Positions 40,899 through 50,538 of a stretch of 64,000 bases of DNA are shown piece by piece. Source of the stretch: an uncultured delta proteobacterium (lineage in GTDB: Bacteria; Desulfobacterota; WTBG01; CAIYCZ01; CAIRTM01); assembly GCA_963804955.1 (NCBI GenBank), contig CAWDSQ010000005.1, positions 96,001 to 160,000 of the forward strand, given 5' to 3'. The translations under genes and the position numbers were made by a program. Position 1 is the first letter of the stretch; the number at the start of each line of letters is the position of its first letter. Under the pieces are notes generated by a model that was not told the DNA's origin, made no database searches, and was given only the letters and a program-made list of their open reading frames with translations.

Positions 40899-42674
40899 AT
40901 GCTGAACAATATGAAACTATCGACAAAGCTGATCGGCGGGTTCGGGATAATTTTCTTTTTTTTATTGTCCATAACCGCCGTGATGTTCAATGCCCTTAAC
41001 AAAACGACGGATGCGTTCGAGATATTCATGGAGGAGGACTTTGGCATTGCCAGTGCTGCCCTGAAACTGGAGACGCTGCTGCAGCAATGCCGCAGTGCTG
41101 AAAGGGATTATCTGGAGAGCCCGGACAAGAAGTATATTCGGAAGCATACGGCAATCATAAACGCCTTGTATGATGCCAGCCGGGCAATCGCTGACCTCAG
41201 CGACCGCTCGTTACATTATGAGATGAAAGAAAAAGTGCAGGCCATCCCCCCTCGTGTGGAAGACTATAAAAAACGTTTTGATGAAGCCGTAAAAATGAAC
41301 GAACAGGGCCAGAGCGCTTCCGCAGGGACGGACAATCAGAACGCGCAGACTCTGACAGCCGCGCTTGATGAAGCGGCACAGCAGCTCGAGCTTGCGGTGC
41401 AGGCAGTATCAAGGACTGTAAATAAAGGGGGTTTGCAAAAAAAAGCTGCTGCAAAAGCGGCGGTAAAACAGTATGAAACTACGGCAATAGCGCTGGTTTT
41501 TATCGCGCTGGTGGCGGCAATCGGCATTGCCGTATTAATAATTGCAGGTGTTTTAAACCAGCTGGGCGAGGACCCCAGAACTATTGCCGGCATAGCCAAC
41601 CGCATGGCCGCAGGTGATCTCGGCCTTGGCTTTTACTCAAATGTTAAAGAGGTAAAAGGCGTTTTGCTGGCGATGCAGAAAATGGTTGATCGACTGAAGG
41701 CGACAGCGGATATTGCAGGGGAAATCGCCCGGGGAAATCTTGCGGTAACCGTCGCCAAAATGTCCGACCGCGACACTCTGGGCGCTGCCCTTGAAACCAT
41801 GGTTGATAAGCTGAGCGCTACGATGGCGCAGATATATATTGCGGCGGATAATGTAGCCGGGGGCGCCTGGCAGATGAGCTCGACAAGCCATGCTTTGAGC
41901 CAGGGCGCAACCGAGCAGGCAAGCTCGCTTGAGCAGATAGTAAGTTCCATGAATGAGATCGCTGCACAGGCCAGGCACAACGCTGAGAACGCAACCGGAG
42001 CTGAAAAACTTACCGCTGATACAAAAACGCTTGCCGAAAAGGTTAACCTGCAGATGGACCGCATGGTTGAAGCCATAAAGGAAATCAATGCATCAAGCAG
42101 GAGTATTTTGAGTATCATCAAGGTCATTGATGAAGTGGCTTTTCAGACGAACATACTGGCTTTGAATGCGGCAGTTGAGGCAGCGCGCGCCGGCCGGCAC
42201 GGCAAGGGGTTTGCCGTGGTTGCCGACGAAGTGCGGCGCCTTGCCTTGCGAAGCGCCAGGGCTGCCAGAGAGACGGCGGAACTGATTGAGGGGTCTGTCA
42301 AGAAGGTGGACGACGGCACGGAGATGGCCGGCATGACGGCTGAAGCGCTGAAGGAGATCGTTGCCGCGGCAGGAAAGATAACTGATCTGGTTGCCGAGAT
42401 TGCAGCGGCGTCCAACGACCAGGCACAGGGCGTAGCGCAGATCAGCGCAGGGCTTGATCAGGTAGACCGGGTGACGCAGCAAAATGCGGCGCATGCCGAG
42501 GAGAGCGCATCGTCTGCTCAGGATCTGTCAAATCAGTCGAAGATGCTGCAGCGGCAGGTGTCTGCATTCAAGCTTGGGGAAGGCAGCATCCGCCGTTCGG
42601 CTGAGTCCCTGCAGGCGGGAGAGAAGCAGCGGGCGCTACGGCAGGGGCAGGCACCAGGCCCCCCCCGCTGCTGA
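40899..42674 (+). CDS. methyl-accepting chemotaxis protein
   Basis: 2 TMs, HAMP region, IDEVAFQTNILALNAAVEAARAG..GKGFAVVADEVR. Confidence 0.95.
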   Translation: MLNNMKLSTKLIGGFGIIFFFLLSITAVMFNALNKTTDAFEIFMEEDFGIASAALKLETLLQQCRSAERDYLESPDKKYIRKHTAIINALYDASRAIADLSDRSLHYEMKEKVQAIPPRVEDYKKRFDEAVKMNEQGQSASAGTDNQNAQTLTAALDEAAQQLELAVQAVSRTVNKGGLQKKAAAKAAVKQYETTAIALVFIALVAAIGIAVLIIAGVLNQLGEDPRTIAGIANRMAAGDLGLGFYSNVKEVKGVLLAMQKMVDRLKATADIAGEIARGNLAVTVAKMSDRDTLGAALETMVDKLSATMAQIYIAADNVAGGAWQMSSTSHALSQGATEQASSLEQIVSSMNEIAAQARHNAENATGAEKLTADTKTLAEKVNLQMDRMVEAIKEINASSRSILSIIKVIDEVAFQTNILALNAAVEAARAGRHGKGFAVVADEVRRLALRSARAARETAELIEGSVKKVDDGTEMAGMTAEALKEIVAAAGKITDLVAEIAAASNDQAQGVAQISAGLDQVDRVTQQNAAHAEESASSAQDLSNQSKMLQRQVSAFKLGEGSIRRSAESLQAGEKQRALRQGQAPGPPRC

Positions 42675-42883
42675 TTCGGCACAGCGCTCTTAATCGGAGC
42701 CGTCAGGAAAAGCTTCTCGCAGTGTGCCGCCCCGGGGGTACATGCTGCGGCAGCCTTCATCCAGCCTGAAAAAAATAATTTTCGTTTAACCCTTCACGGA
42801 TCGTTGAAAAAAACCTCTCTCAGCGCACCTTTCCGGCCGGCACAGTTCGTGACAGGCGGCATCCGGCCTGTGAGCCATTTGCT

Positions 42884-42912
42884 TTGACAAACAACCACGT
42901 GCGCCCTATAGT
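42884..42912 (+). promoter_or_regulatory. sigma70 promoter
   Basis: TTGACA-17nt-TATAGT, 54 nt upstream of ATG 42967. Confidence 0.7.
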
Positions 42913-42966
42913 GTTTTCGCTTCAGGAGATAAAAAGGGCCCCCACGGTAATTTTTAAATATATACA

Positions 42967-43836
42967 ATGTCTCAAGAAACCAAACACATAGCGCTTCGGC
43001 TGGCTCTTACCGTGCAGCCCTGGCTGTTTGATCATCTCTTTGAAGGCACGGCCATACTTCCCGCTGTTGAAATGCTGCAGCACATGGCCCGCGCAGTGCA
43101 GTCGTATCTTCCCTCTGACGGTGCAACCTCCATGCACCAGGCATCCTTTGATCGTTTCCTTCGCATAGAACCCGCATGCACTGTCATTGATGCCTGCTGC
43201 AACCTGGTCATGAAAGAAAACGGCAGTATCCGTGTAACGCTGACAACCGCTTCAAAAGCCGGCAGCGCCGCGGTTTTGAGAATTAAAGAGCATGCAACCG
43301 TCTGTTTTTCCGCAACTGCTGTGCCCGTCACCCAGCCTTCGGCCGGAGCGCTTGCCGCATATCATATCCCCGGTTTTGAAATTCCGGTACGCCGGCTCTA
43401 CGGCGAACTTGTTCCCTTCGGCCCGGCATTTCAGTCTGTGCAGGACAGGGTGACGCTTACAGAAAGCGCGGCTGTTGCCCGCGTCTACGCTCTGGATCAT
43501 CCCGGCGCATTCGGCCCTTTGGGCTCTCCATTTCCGCTTGATGGCAGCCTGCATGCGGCCTGCGCCTGGGCGCAGCGCTACTGCGGTATTGTCGCCTTTC
43601 CGGTGGGGTTTGCTGAACGGGTGATTGTCCAGCCGATTGCGCCCGGTGAAACAGCCCTTTGCACGGTCATACCGGTATGCGTGCATGAAGGGGCTGTCCG
43701 GTTTGATATCTGGCTGCATGATCAGGACGGCAGACTTCGGGAAATGGTCAGAGGGGTAGCAATGAAGGATGTTTCCGGCGGCCGCATGATGCCTCCGGCA
43801 TGGGTGCGCAGCGAATTGCCAGTGCGGCTGGCGTGA
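42967..43836 (+). CDS. stand-alone polyketide synthase dehydratase-like (double hotdog) protein
   Basis: DHLFEGTAILP (HxxxGxxxxP), FGPAFQ, LDGSLHAA. Confidence 0.75.
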   Translation: MSQETKHIALRLALTVQPWLFDHLFEGTAILPAVEMLQHMARAVQSYLPSDGATSMHQASFDRFLRIEPACTVIDACCNLVMKENGSIRVTLTTASKAGSAAVLRIKEHATVCFSATAVPVTQPSAGALAAYHIPGFEIPVRRLYGELVPFGPAFQSVQDRVTLTESAAVARVYALDHPGAFGPLGSPFPLDGSLHAACAWAQRYCGIVAFPVGFAERVIVQPIAPGETALCTVIPVCVHEGAVRFDIWLHDQDGRLREMVRGVAMKDVSGGRMMPPAWVRSELPVRLA

Positions 43837-43911
43837 TAGAGCCCTAAGGGCTGGCCCCTCGCGGGTTGATACCCTTCCAGCCAGGGAATGAATCTGAACC
43901 CGGCAAAAAAT

Positions 43912-44984
43912 CTATACCTTGAAACGGATGTTCAGGATATCGCCCTCTTCGACTATATAGTCCTTGCCCTTGAGGTAAAGCTTGCCCGCGGCCTTGAGGC
44001 CAGCCTCGTTTTTGTGTGCCATGAGCTCGTCCGTATTTGAATACCTCTGCGCGGATGAAGCCCCGCTGCAGGTCTGAGTGAATCGCCCCTGCCGCCTCGG
44101 GCGCTGTTGCGTTTCTGCGGATGAGCCACTGCCGAACCTCGTCTTCGCCGACGGTGAAAAACGACATGAGCCCCAGGGCCTTCAGGCACAGACGCGTGAG
44201 CTGCCCCAGGGCCGGCTCTTCGATGCCGAGGTCTTTTAAGAACTCCCTGCGCTCGGCCTCGGATTCAAGGGCGGCGATTTCGGCCTCCATTTTGGCCGAC
44301 ACCTGCATGACCTCCATTTTTTCAGCATCGCAGCAGGCGCGCAGCCTTTCGATAATGGCCATGTCAGCCAAGCGCATCATCTGCGACATTGAGCACGATG
44401 ATCATCTGCTTGAGCGTGATGAAGGGATAGCTGCGGATCAGCATGTCCTCGTCGTGGCTGAGCGCAAGCAGCCGCAGGGGCTGCTCTTTTTCCAAATGCT
44501 CCCGGAAGCGCACGAGCATAGCATGCTCTTTCTGCTGCTTTTCGTCCTTCTGCTTTTTCATCTGCGCTTCGAGCCGTTCAAGCCGCTTTTCAATGAACAA
44601 AAGATCATGCAGGATAAGCTCGCTCCCGACCATAGCAATGTCGCGCACGGGGTCGATGGAGCCGTCCACATGGTAGATGGCCTCATCCTCAAAAGCGCGC
44701 ACCACATGGCAGACGGCATCGACATCGGCAATATCCTTGAAGATATCGCCCCGGGCGATGGACTCTTTTTCAAGTTTGGGCAGCAGCTCTATGTCTATCT
44801 TGGCGCGCATCTGCTTTTTTGGTTTATACATCTGCACAAGCTTTTCAAAACGCTGATCGATAATATCAGCAACTCCCATGGCGGGCTTTTTCTGATCGCT
44901 GTGCTCGGTGAACACATGACCCGTAAGAATTTGAAACAATGTTTTTTTGCCGGTCTGGGGCAGGCCGATAATGCCGATTTTCAT
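43912..44984 (-). CDS. ychF: redox-regulated ATPase YchF (frameshifts near 44365 and 44030)
   Basis: GIIGLPQTGK, HVVRAFED, SFFTVGEDEVRQW, AAGAIHSDLQRGFIRAEV, ends GKDYIVEEGDILNIRFKV. Confidence 0.9.
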
Positions 44985-45115
44985 GAAAAAATCCTCGAAA
45001 TATTTAAAAAAGTTTTTAAGGCAGACACGCAGGTCTGCCCCTGCAGAATTTTTATTAATGTTGAATTTTGAATCCGGAATCTTGAATCTCTTTACTCCGG
45101 CATCATGACTCCGAA

Positions 45116-47233
45116 CTACTTAACCTGCGCCGCAAGCGGCAGATAATCAACCAGCACATGGGCCGCCTCGGTCAGCACCGGGTCTTTGTCGATGCCGGGC
45201 TCGGCAGTCTGATTATCGGTTGCGGTGGCATTGTCCATGTCGGTAGCATTGTCCGGCAGCTTATCAAGCAGCGGCAGCTTTTTTGCCGCCCGGCGCTTGT
45301 TTTCATGATCAAGGCGCCACTGTTTTTCCTGCGCATCCTCCTTGCGGCGGACTTCTTCGGAAAGAGAGGCCACCGTCTTGTCGCTGACCGCCCGGATATG
45401 GTCGGCCAGTTCCTTCAGATAAATATAGTCGGGATTTTGCGCGGCCCGCAGCTCATGGCTCTGGTTGAGCTTCACAATCGCCTTGCCTGGATCCGGCCAG
45501 GCCTTGTAGCCTGCCGCCTGGATTTTATCCCAGACAAGCGCGTCGGGAAGGGCGCTTTCTCCAATTTTGTTCTTGTCATAGATGCTCGGGCAGGTGATGT
45601 CGGGCGATACGCCCTTGTGCTGCGTGCTGTCACCTGTTATGCGGTAAAATTTGGCCTGCGTCACCTTCAGCTGCCCTTTGTTCAGCGGCAGCAGGGCCTG
45701 CACCGTGCCCTTGCCGAAGGTCTGGTCGCCCATGATGATAGCGCGGTGGTAATCCTGCATGGCGCCCACAAGGATTTCAGAGGCGGAGGCGCTTGTGCGG
45801 CCCACCAGCACCACCAGCGGCCCGGCATAGGCAAGGCCCTGTTCAGGGTCGGTCAGGACGGAAACTTTGTCGCGGGAGTCTTTTACCTGCACGATGGGGC
45901 CTTTGTCGATGAACAGCCCCGACACGGCAATGGCCTCATTGAGCGCCCCGCCGCCATTGTCCCGCAGGTCAAGCACAATGCCGCTGACTTTTTCCTGCAC
46001 AAGCTCGTTTAAAAGCCGGCGCACGTCGGCGGCCGTGCTGCGCAAAGCGCCCGTGCGTGCCTGATCGCCCTTGAAGTCATGATAAAAGGTGGGAACGTCG
46101 ATCACCCCGACTTTGCAGGTCTTGTCGCCTCTTTCGATGGGGATGATTTTTTTCTTGGCAGCCTGCTCTTCGAGCTTGACCGTATCGCGAACGATGCTGA
46201 TGATTTTGCTCTGATGCTCATCGGCGGCATGCGCCGGAACGACCTCAAGCCGCACCACGGTTTGCTTGGTCCCGCGAATGAGCTGCACGACATCGTCGAT
46301 GCGCCACCCGACAACATTGACGATTTCGCCGTCGGCGCCCTGTCCCACGCCGATGATGCGATCGGCCGGCTTGAGCTGCCCGGCCTTGTCTGCGGGCCCG
46401 CCCTTCACAAGGCTCACGACCTTGGTGTACTCGTTTTCATTCTGCAGGACGGCCCCTATTCCTTCAAGAGACAGGCTCATGGAAATATTGAAATTATCCG
46501 ACACGCGGGGCGGCAGATATTCCGTATGCGGATCATAGCAGCGGGCATAGGAGTTCATGAAAATCTGCACGACATCTTCGGGCTTTATCTGCTTTATCTG
46601 GTTGAGCTGATTGCGGTACCGCTTGAGCAGAACGTCGCGCGCCTGATCGGTCGTTTTGCCTGCAAGCTTGAGATTCAAAAGAGACGCCTTGACGCGCCGG
46701 CGCCACAGGTCCGTCAGCTCGGCGGCATCTGCAGGCCAGGGGGCATTTTTGCGTTCGGTCTCAATCTTTTCATCAATGTCGAAATTGAGGGACTGGATCT
46801 TGTTCTCGAGCAGGTCGATGCAGTAGAGGAGCTGCTCGGTAAAGCGCTCCTGATAGCGGTTATAGATTATAAATGCCGGCTTGAGGTCGCCCGAGCCGAG
46901 TGCTTCGTCAAGCGCGGAGCGGTAGCGCTCAAAATCCTGTATATCCTGTGCAATAAATGAGCTGCGCGTCGGGTCGACATCGGCCAGATACCGGTCGAAT
47001 ACGGCGCTGGAAAAACGGTCATCCAGCTCATGGCGGACATAGTGCGTCTGGCCGACCTCCTTAACAACCTCCAGGGCTGTCAGCGACAGCTCTTTTGTGG
47101 GCTCAAGAGACCCGGAATAATCTGTTGCCCGTACTGCGCCCTGCTGCGTGCAGCCCAGAAACAGCCCGTTGACAATGATGCTCCACAGGAAAACGGAGTG
47201 TGCGAATTGTTTCTTAATCACTGCATGATTCAT
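45116..47233 (-). CDS. prc: carboxy-terminal processing (tail-specific) protease
   Basis: DPHTEY, SLEGIGAVL, PDZ domain, LDLRDNGGG, SASASEI, TFGKGTVQ, STQHKGV.PDI. Confidence 0.93.
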   Translation of the reverse strand: MNHAVIKKQFAHSVFLWSIIVNGLFLGCTQQGAVRATDYSGSLEPTKELSLTALEVVKEVGQTHYVRHELDDRFSSAVFDRYLADVDPTRSSFIAQDIQDFERYRSALDEALGSGDLKPAFIIYNRYQERFTEQLLYCIDLLENKIQSLNFDIDEKIETERKNAPWPADAAELTDLWRRRVKASLLNLKLAGKTTDQARDVLLKRYRNQLNQIKQIKPEDVVQIFMNSYARCYDPHTEYLPPRVSDNFNISMSLSLEGIGAVLQNENEYTKVVSLVKGGPADKAGQLKPADRIIGVGQGADGEIVNVVGWRIDDVVQLIRGTKQTVVRLEVVPAHAADEHQSKIISIVRDTVKLEEQAAKKKIIPIERGDKTCKVGVIDVPTFYHDFKGDQARTGALRSTAADVRRLLNELVQEKVSGIVLDLRDNGGGALNEAIAVSGLFIDKGPIVQVKDSRDKVSVLTDPEQGLAYAGPLVVLVGRTSASASEILVGAMQDYHRAIIMGDQTFGKGTVQALLPLNKGQLKVTQAKFYRITGDSTQHKGVSPDITCPSIYDKNKIGESALPDALVWDKIQAAGYKAWPDPGKAIVKLNQSHELRAAQNPDYIYLKELADHIRAVSDKTVASLSEEVRRKEDAQEKQWRLDHENKRRAAKKLPLLDKLPDNATDMDNATATDNQTAEPGIDKDPVLTEAAHVLVDYLPLAAQVK

Positions 47234-47629
47234 ATAAATTCCCTATAAACCAAATATTTTTTTGCAGGTATATCATATTGCCGCCTGAAGATAAATTAAT
47301 ATTAAACCGGAGGGGATATCCAGTATGGCGAAGACGCCAAAACATACCTGTTCAAGCTGATTGAATTTTTATTGTAGTTGATAAAACAGGATCCGGGGTT
47401 TCAGGAGCATTGAAGACTGGTAATAAAAATGCCAATTTTGACCTCGGGCACGGTGACCTGCGGTTTAAAGAGCGCTGGCAATAGTGGGGGATAAGCCGCC
47501 GATTATATTGTTTAAACCTATAGATTAACCGGCAGCCGGGGCAATGCTACTGATTCGAATGGCTGATGTACTTATTTATCAGGACTGTTCTCCGTGTGCG
47601 GGGCCGCAGGGGCGGCCCCGGTGAAAAAA

Positions 47630-48083
47630 TCACTGGCCGAGGATAGAGCCATACACCTGCTGCAGCACTTCGCGGCAGCTCCGGAGCTTTCCGGGTCAAT
47701 ATCCTGCAGCACCTGCTGCTGGGTTGCAAGGGCTACTGGCTTTAAAGCCGCCAGCAAAGCCGTGCCCTGCGCCGTGATGGCCAGCAGCTTTTGCCGCCGG
47801 TCGTCGCTGGCTGACTCACGGCTGATAAGGCCTTTTTTTCAAGGCCCGCTGCAAGCCGGGCTATGGTGGTTTTGTCCAGATAGGCCAGTTCGGCAAGCTG
47901 CTGCTGCGACTGGCCGCCGGCATTGCGGATATTTATGAGCAGGGTCCACTGCTCGACGGTAATCTCGCAGCCTGCCTGCCGGAATTTTTTCTGCAGCATA
48001 TTGAGCATGGCACGGGACGTGCGCCCGAGCATATGCCCGAAACTGCCGTCGTGTTCAAAAATATGCATTAACGAAACGCCCAT
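47630..48083 (-). CDS. MarR-family regulator (frameshifts near 47835 and 47690)
   Basis: ITVEQW..SQQQLAE..DKTTIAR..LEKK/GLISR..DDRRQKLLAITAQG. Confidence 0.8.
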
Positions 48084-48102
48084 AAAAGCGTCTGCATAAT
48101 TG

Positions 48103-48146
48103 GTTGTATATGCAACGTTATTAACGGAAAAACAGTTCTCTGTCAA
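48103..48146 (-). promoter_or_regulatory. promoter and palindromic operator of the MarR gene
   Basis: Minus strand TTGACA-17nt-TAATAA; near-palindrome GTTGTATATGCAAC at 48103-48116. Confidence 0.55.
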
Positions 48147-48185
48147 GACAGTGATGAATTTTTTATTCACGCTCTATTGCATGAT

Positions 48186-48371
48186 TAGAGCATTTTTCAA
48201 AATAGTATAGCCCCTTTGCGCACAGGTGAGCTTTTGGTGAAGGCAGACCGTGCGGTTCGAGCGATAGCTTTTCCATTAGTGCCTGTTGCTTTTGCGAGAA
48301 TAGAGCACGGGCAAACGAATCAAAAGCTCATCGGCTGTGCGCATGATTACAACAAAAAGAAAAATGCTCTA
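48186..48371. mobile_element. MITE, copy 1
   Basis: Perfect 13-bp TIR tagagcatttttc / gaaaaatgctcta; second copy at 61377-61561. Confidence 0.85.
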
Positions 48372-48372
48372 G

Positions 48373-48441
48373 CCCGTTCGTGGTGAGCTTGTCGAACCAG
48401 GAAAGGGCTAAAATGCCCTTCGACAGGCTAAGGGCGAACGG
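48373..48441. repeat. REP-like hairpin
   Basis: ccgttcg..cttgtcgaa..ttcgacagg..cgaacgg. Confidence 0.65.
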
Positions 48442-48514
48442 AGATAGCGTTTTCGTTTTCGGAAGCTGGTTTTTTATGAAGGCTACAGTATTTAGAAAAA
48501 TGCTCTATCCTTTG

Positions 48515-49753
48515 TTAAGGGCACTGAATTATGCGCTGAGCCCACAGGCAGCCGCCGCAGGAGGGGAAGGTGTTGCCGAAGCAGTCTTCTTTGTTGTCTT
48601 TGGAGAGATTGCACCCGCCACAGAAAACGCAGGGTGAAAAATCAAAGGCCTGGAGCTTTTCCCGCAGCCGCACATAATCCTGAGACCGCCAGATATCCTT
48701 TAGAGGCTGATTGGCCAGGCAGCCCATCACACAGCGCTGCATGAACCGCTCGCGGTCATTGAGAAAGCTCACATGGCTGTGCATGAGGGGGATGCAGGGG
48801 CAGACGCTTCCGTCCCAGGCAAGGGCGCAGGATCCCCGTTCGATAAACGGGCAGGCCCGCAGCTGCGTAGCTCCGCCGCCGGGGTTCTGCGCATTCAGCG
48901 TGCGCATGACCTGCCGCAAAACGCCGCCGGTGGCATCATTGATATCCATAGCGGGAACATACAGATGCGGCGACAGCGGAGACGGGTCGGCACTGTCGGC
49001 GGCAAGCGCATCGGCATACAGCAGTTCGTCGCGCATCTCGGGGGCATAGGGCATAATATTGGTGATCATGAACCGGTCCGCCCCCAAACGCCTGCCGATA
49101 CGGAGCACCTCGGGCAGTTCGGCGATATTACGCCGCATGGCGACAAAAACAATGCCGATATGGGGACTCGGGCCCGGGCGCAGATCACGGAAGCGGGAAA
49201 CATTTTCCAGGACGCTCGGAAGCGCCGCGCCCAGGCGCACATCGGCATAGCTTTCAGGATGGGCGCCGTCAATGGACACCCACAGCACCTCAAGCCCGGC
49301 TTCGATGAGTCCAGCCGCAATAGCCTGATTCAGGAGCATGCCGTTGGTGATCAGCTCAACGTGCGGGCTCACCGAGCAAGCCTGACTGACCATGCCGAGA
49401 ATGTCGGGATGCGCCAGCGGTTCCCCGAGCCCGCCAAAGAATACCGATGCCCCGCTCCCCATATCCCGCAGCCCCTGCAGGGCAGCCGAAAATATTTCCC
49501 CGGTCATCTGCCCGAGCGTTTCATCCCAGGTGTTGCGGATGCAGGTGCGGCAGGAGAGATTGCACCGGTTGGTGGGCTCGATATAGAGCCGTGCAAGCCG
49601 GGCTGCCGGGCGGCCCAGGAGCAGGCCGTCGCGAAATTCGGTAGCAGGCACGCTGCTGCCCGGAGCAAGCCCGAAATGATCAGCAAGCTCTCTGGGAATA
49701 ATGAGCCTGCCCTGATCATCGACTAGAATGTCGTTGCAGCGTCTGGGTTTCAT
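48515..49753 (-). CDS. radical SAM/SPASM protein (tungsten oxidoreductase maturase-like) with N-terminal AbrB-like domain
   Basis: LYIEPTNRCNLSCRTC; Cys-rich C-terminus CVFCGGC..DCFGN..SCGGCLW; N-terminal VDDQGRLIIPRELADHFGL; divergent from aor; alternative GTG start at 49789. Confidence 0.8.
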   Translation of the reverse strand: MKPRRCNDILVDDQGRLIIPRELADHFGLAPGSSVPATEFRDGLLLGRPAARLARLYIEPTNRCNLSCRTCIRNTWDETLGQMTGEIFSAALQGLRDMGSGASVFFGGLGEPLAHPDILGMVSQACSVSPHVELITNGMLLNQAIAAGLIEAGLEVLWVSIDGAHPESYADVRLGAALPSVLENVSRFRDLRPGPSPHIGIVFVAMRRNIAELPEVLRIGRRLGADRFMITNIMPYAPEMRDELLYADALAADSADPSPLSPHLYVPAMDINDATGGVLRQVMRTLNAQNPGGGATQLRACPFIERGSCALAWDGSVCPCIPLMHSHVSFLNDRERFMQRCVMGCLANQPLKDIWRSQDYVRLREKLQAFDFSPCVFCGGCNLSKDNKEDCFGNTFPSCGGCLWAQRIIQCP

Positions 49754-50538
49754 GTGTCTCACAAGCTGAAGGGTTGTTGTACTGCTCACCCCCGGCGGCG
49801 TGATTGCAGCTTAGAGCTTAGAAATACCACAAAAAGCCAGTCAAGTTGAGTAGAATATTTCCGGTTTTCCGGCAAAGTTCAAAAGATGGCGGCTGAAACG
49901 ACAGCCGCTGCGGCACCGCTCCGGGAACCCTTTAGCAAAGCTGCAACAACAAAATACGACTGGCAAACTGGAGCGATTCGGTTTACTGCGCTATCAAAAC
50001 GCGGTGCATCGACTATGTCTAAGGCAGGGCTTCTTTCGGACATAGCCTTTCGGCTGTCTCGCACCGACTTGACATTTCAGGCGCTTGCAGCTCGGCGTAT
50101 TGATTAGGAAGCAGTTGAATATGCTGATTAATAATAAAGTCAACGGAAAAGATACTAAGCTGCTTTGAGTTTATACGCTATGAAAAAAAATTCGGTTTTC
50201 TTTTCAAAATGTGTATGCGAAAAAGTTGACTTTTAAAAAATTTCATATTAATAAGAAGACGTTTTTTTACTGCATACATTCAATACAAAAGATTTTTACC
50301 AGTTCCCCATTCCGGGTGAGCCGAGAAAGCCGGATCAGGTATCTGGACCGCGATGTTTGCGACGGAAGTATGAAGGGAGAGAGTTGCGGCTCTTCAGGCT
50401 TTTTTTATTCAAAAAACACTCAGCTGTCAAAAGTTGCCTCCAGACTGAAGCGGAATTTATAAAAAAAAGGAATTAAAAAACTTTCGTTGCGCCTGCTCAT
50501 AGTTGAAGCAACAACATTATTAAATGGAGGCCCTTAAT

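Noticed and set aside
43912..44984. Programmed frameshifting in ychF and other split genes
   Set aside because: No shared slippery site or downstream structure; shifts are scattered over unrelated genes
48186..48371. c-di-GMP-I riboswitch, suggested by the ggcaaac motif
   Set aside because: The motif lies inside a TIR-bounded two-copy element and the two-hairpin GEMM architecture is not evident
44121..49726. Long plus-strand ORFs 44121-45071, 45158-46012, 46079-46960 and 48773-49726
   Set aside because: Antisense shadows of ychF, prc and the radical SAM gene with no motifs of their own; the same holds for most short overlapping ORFs in the track
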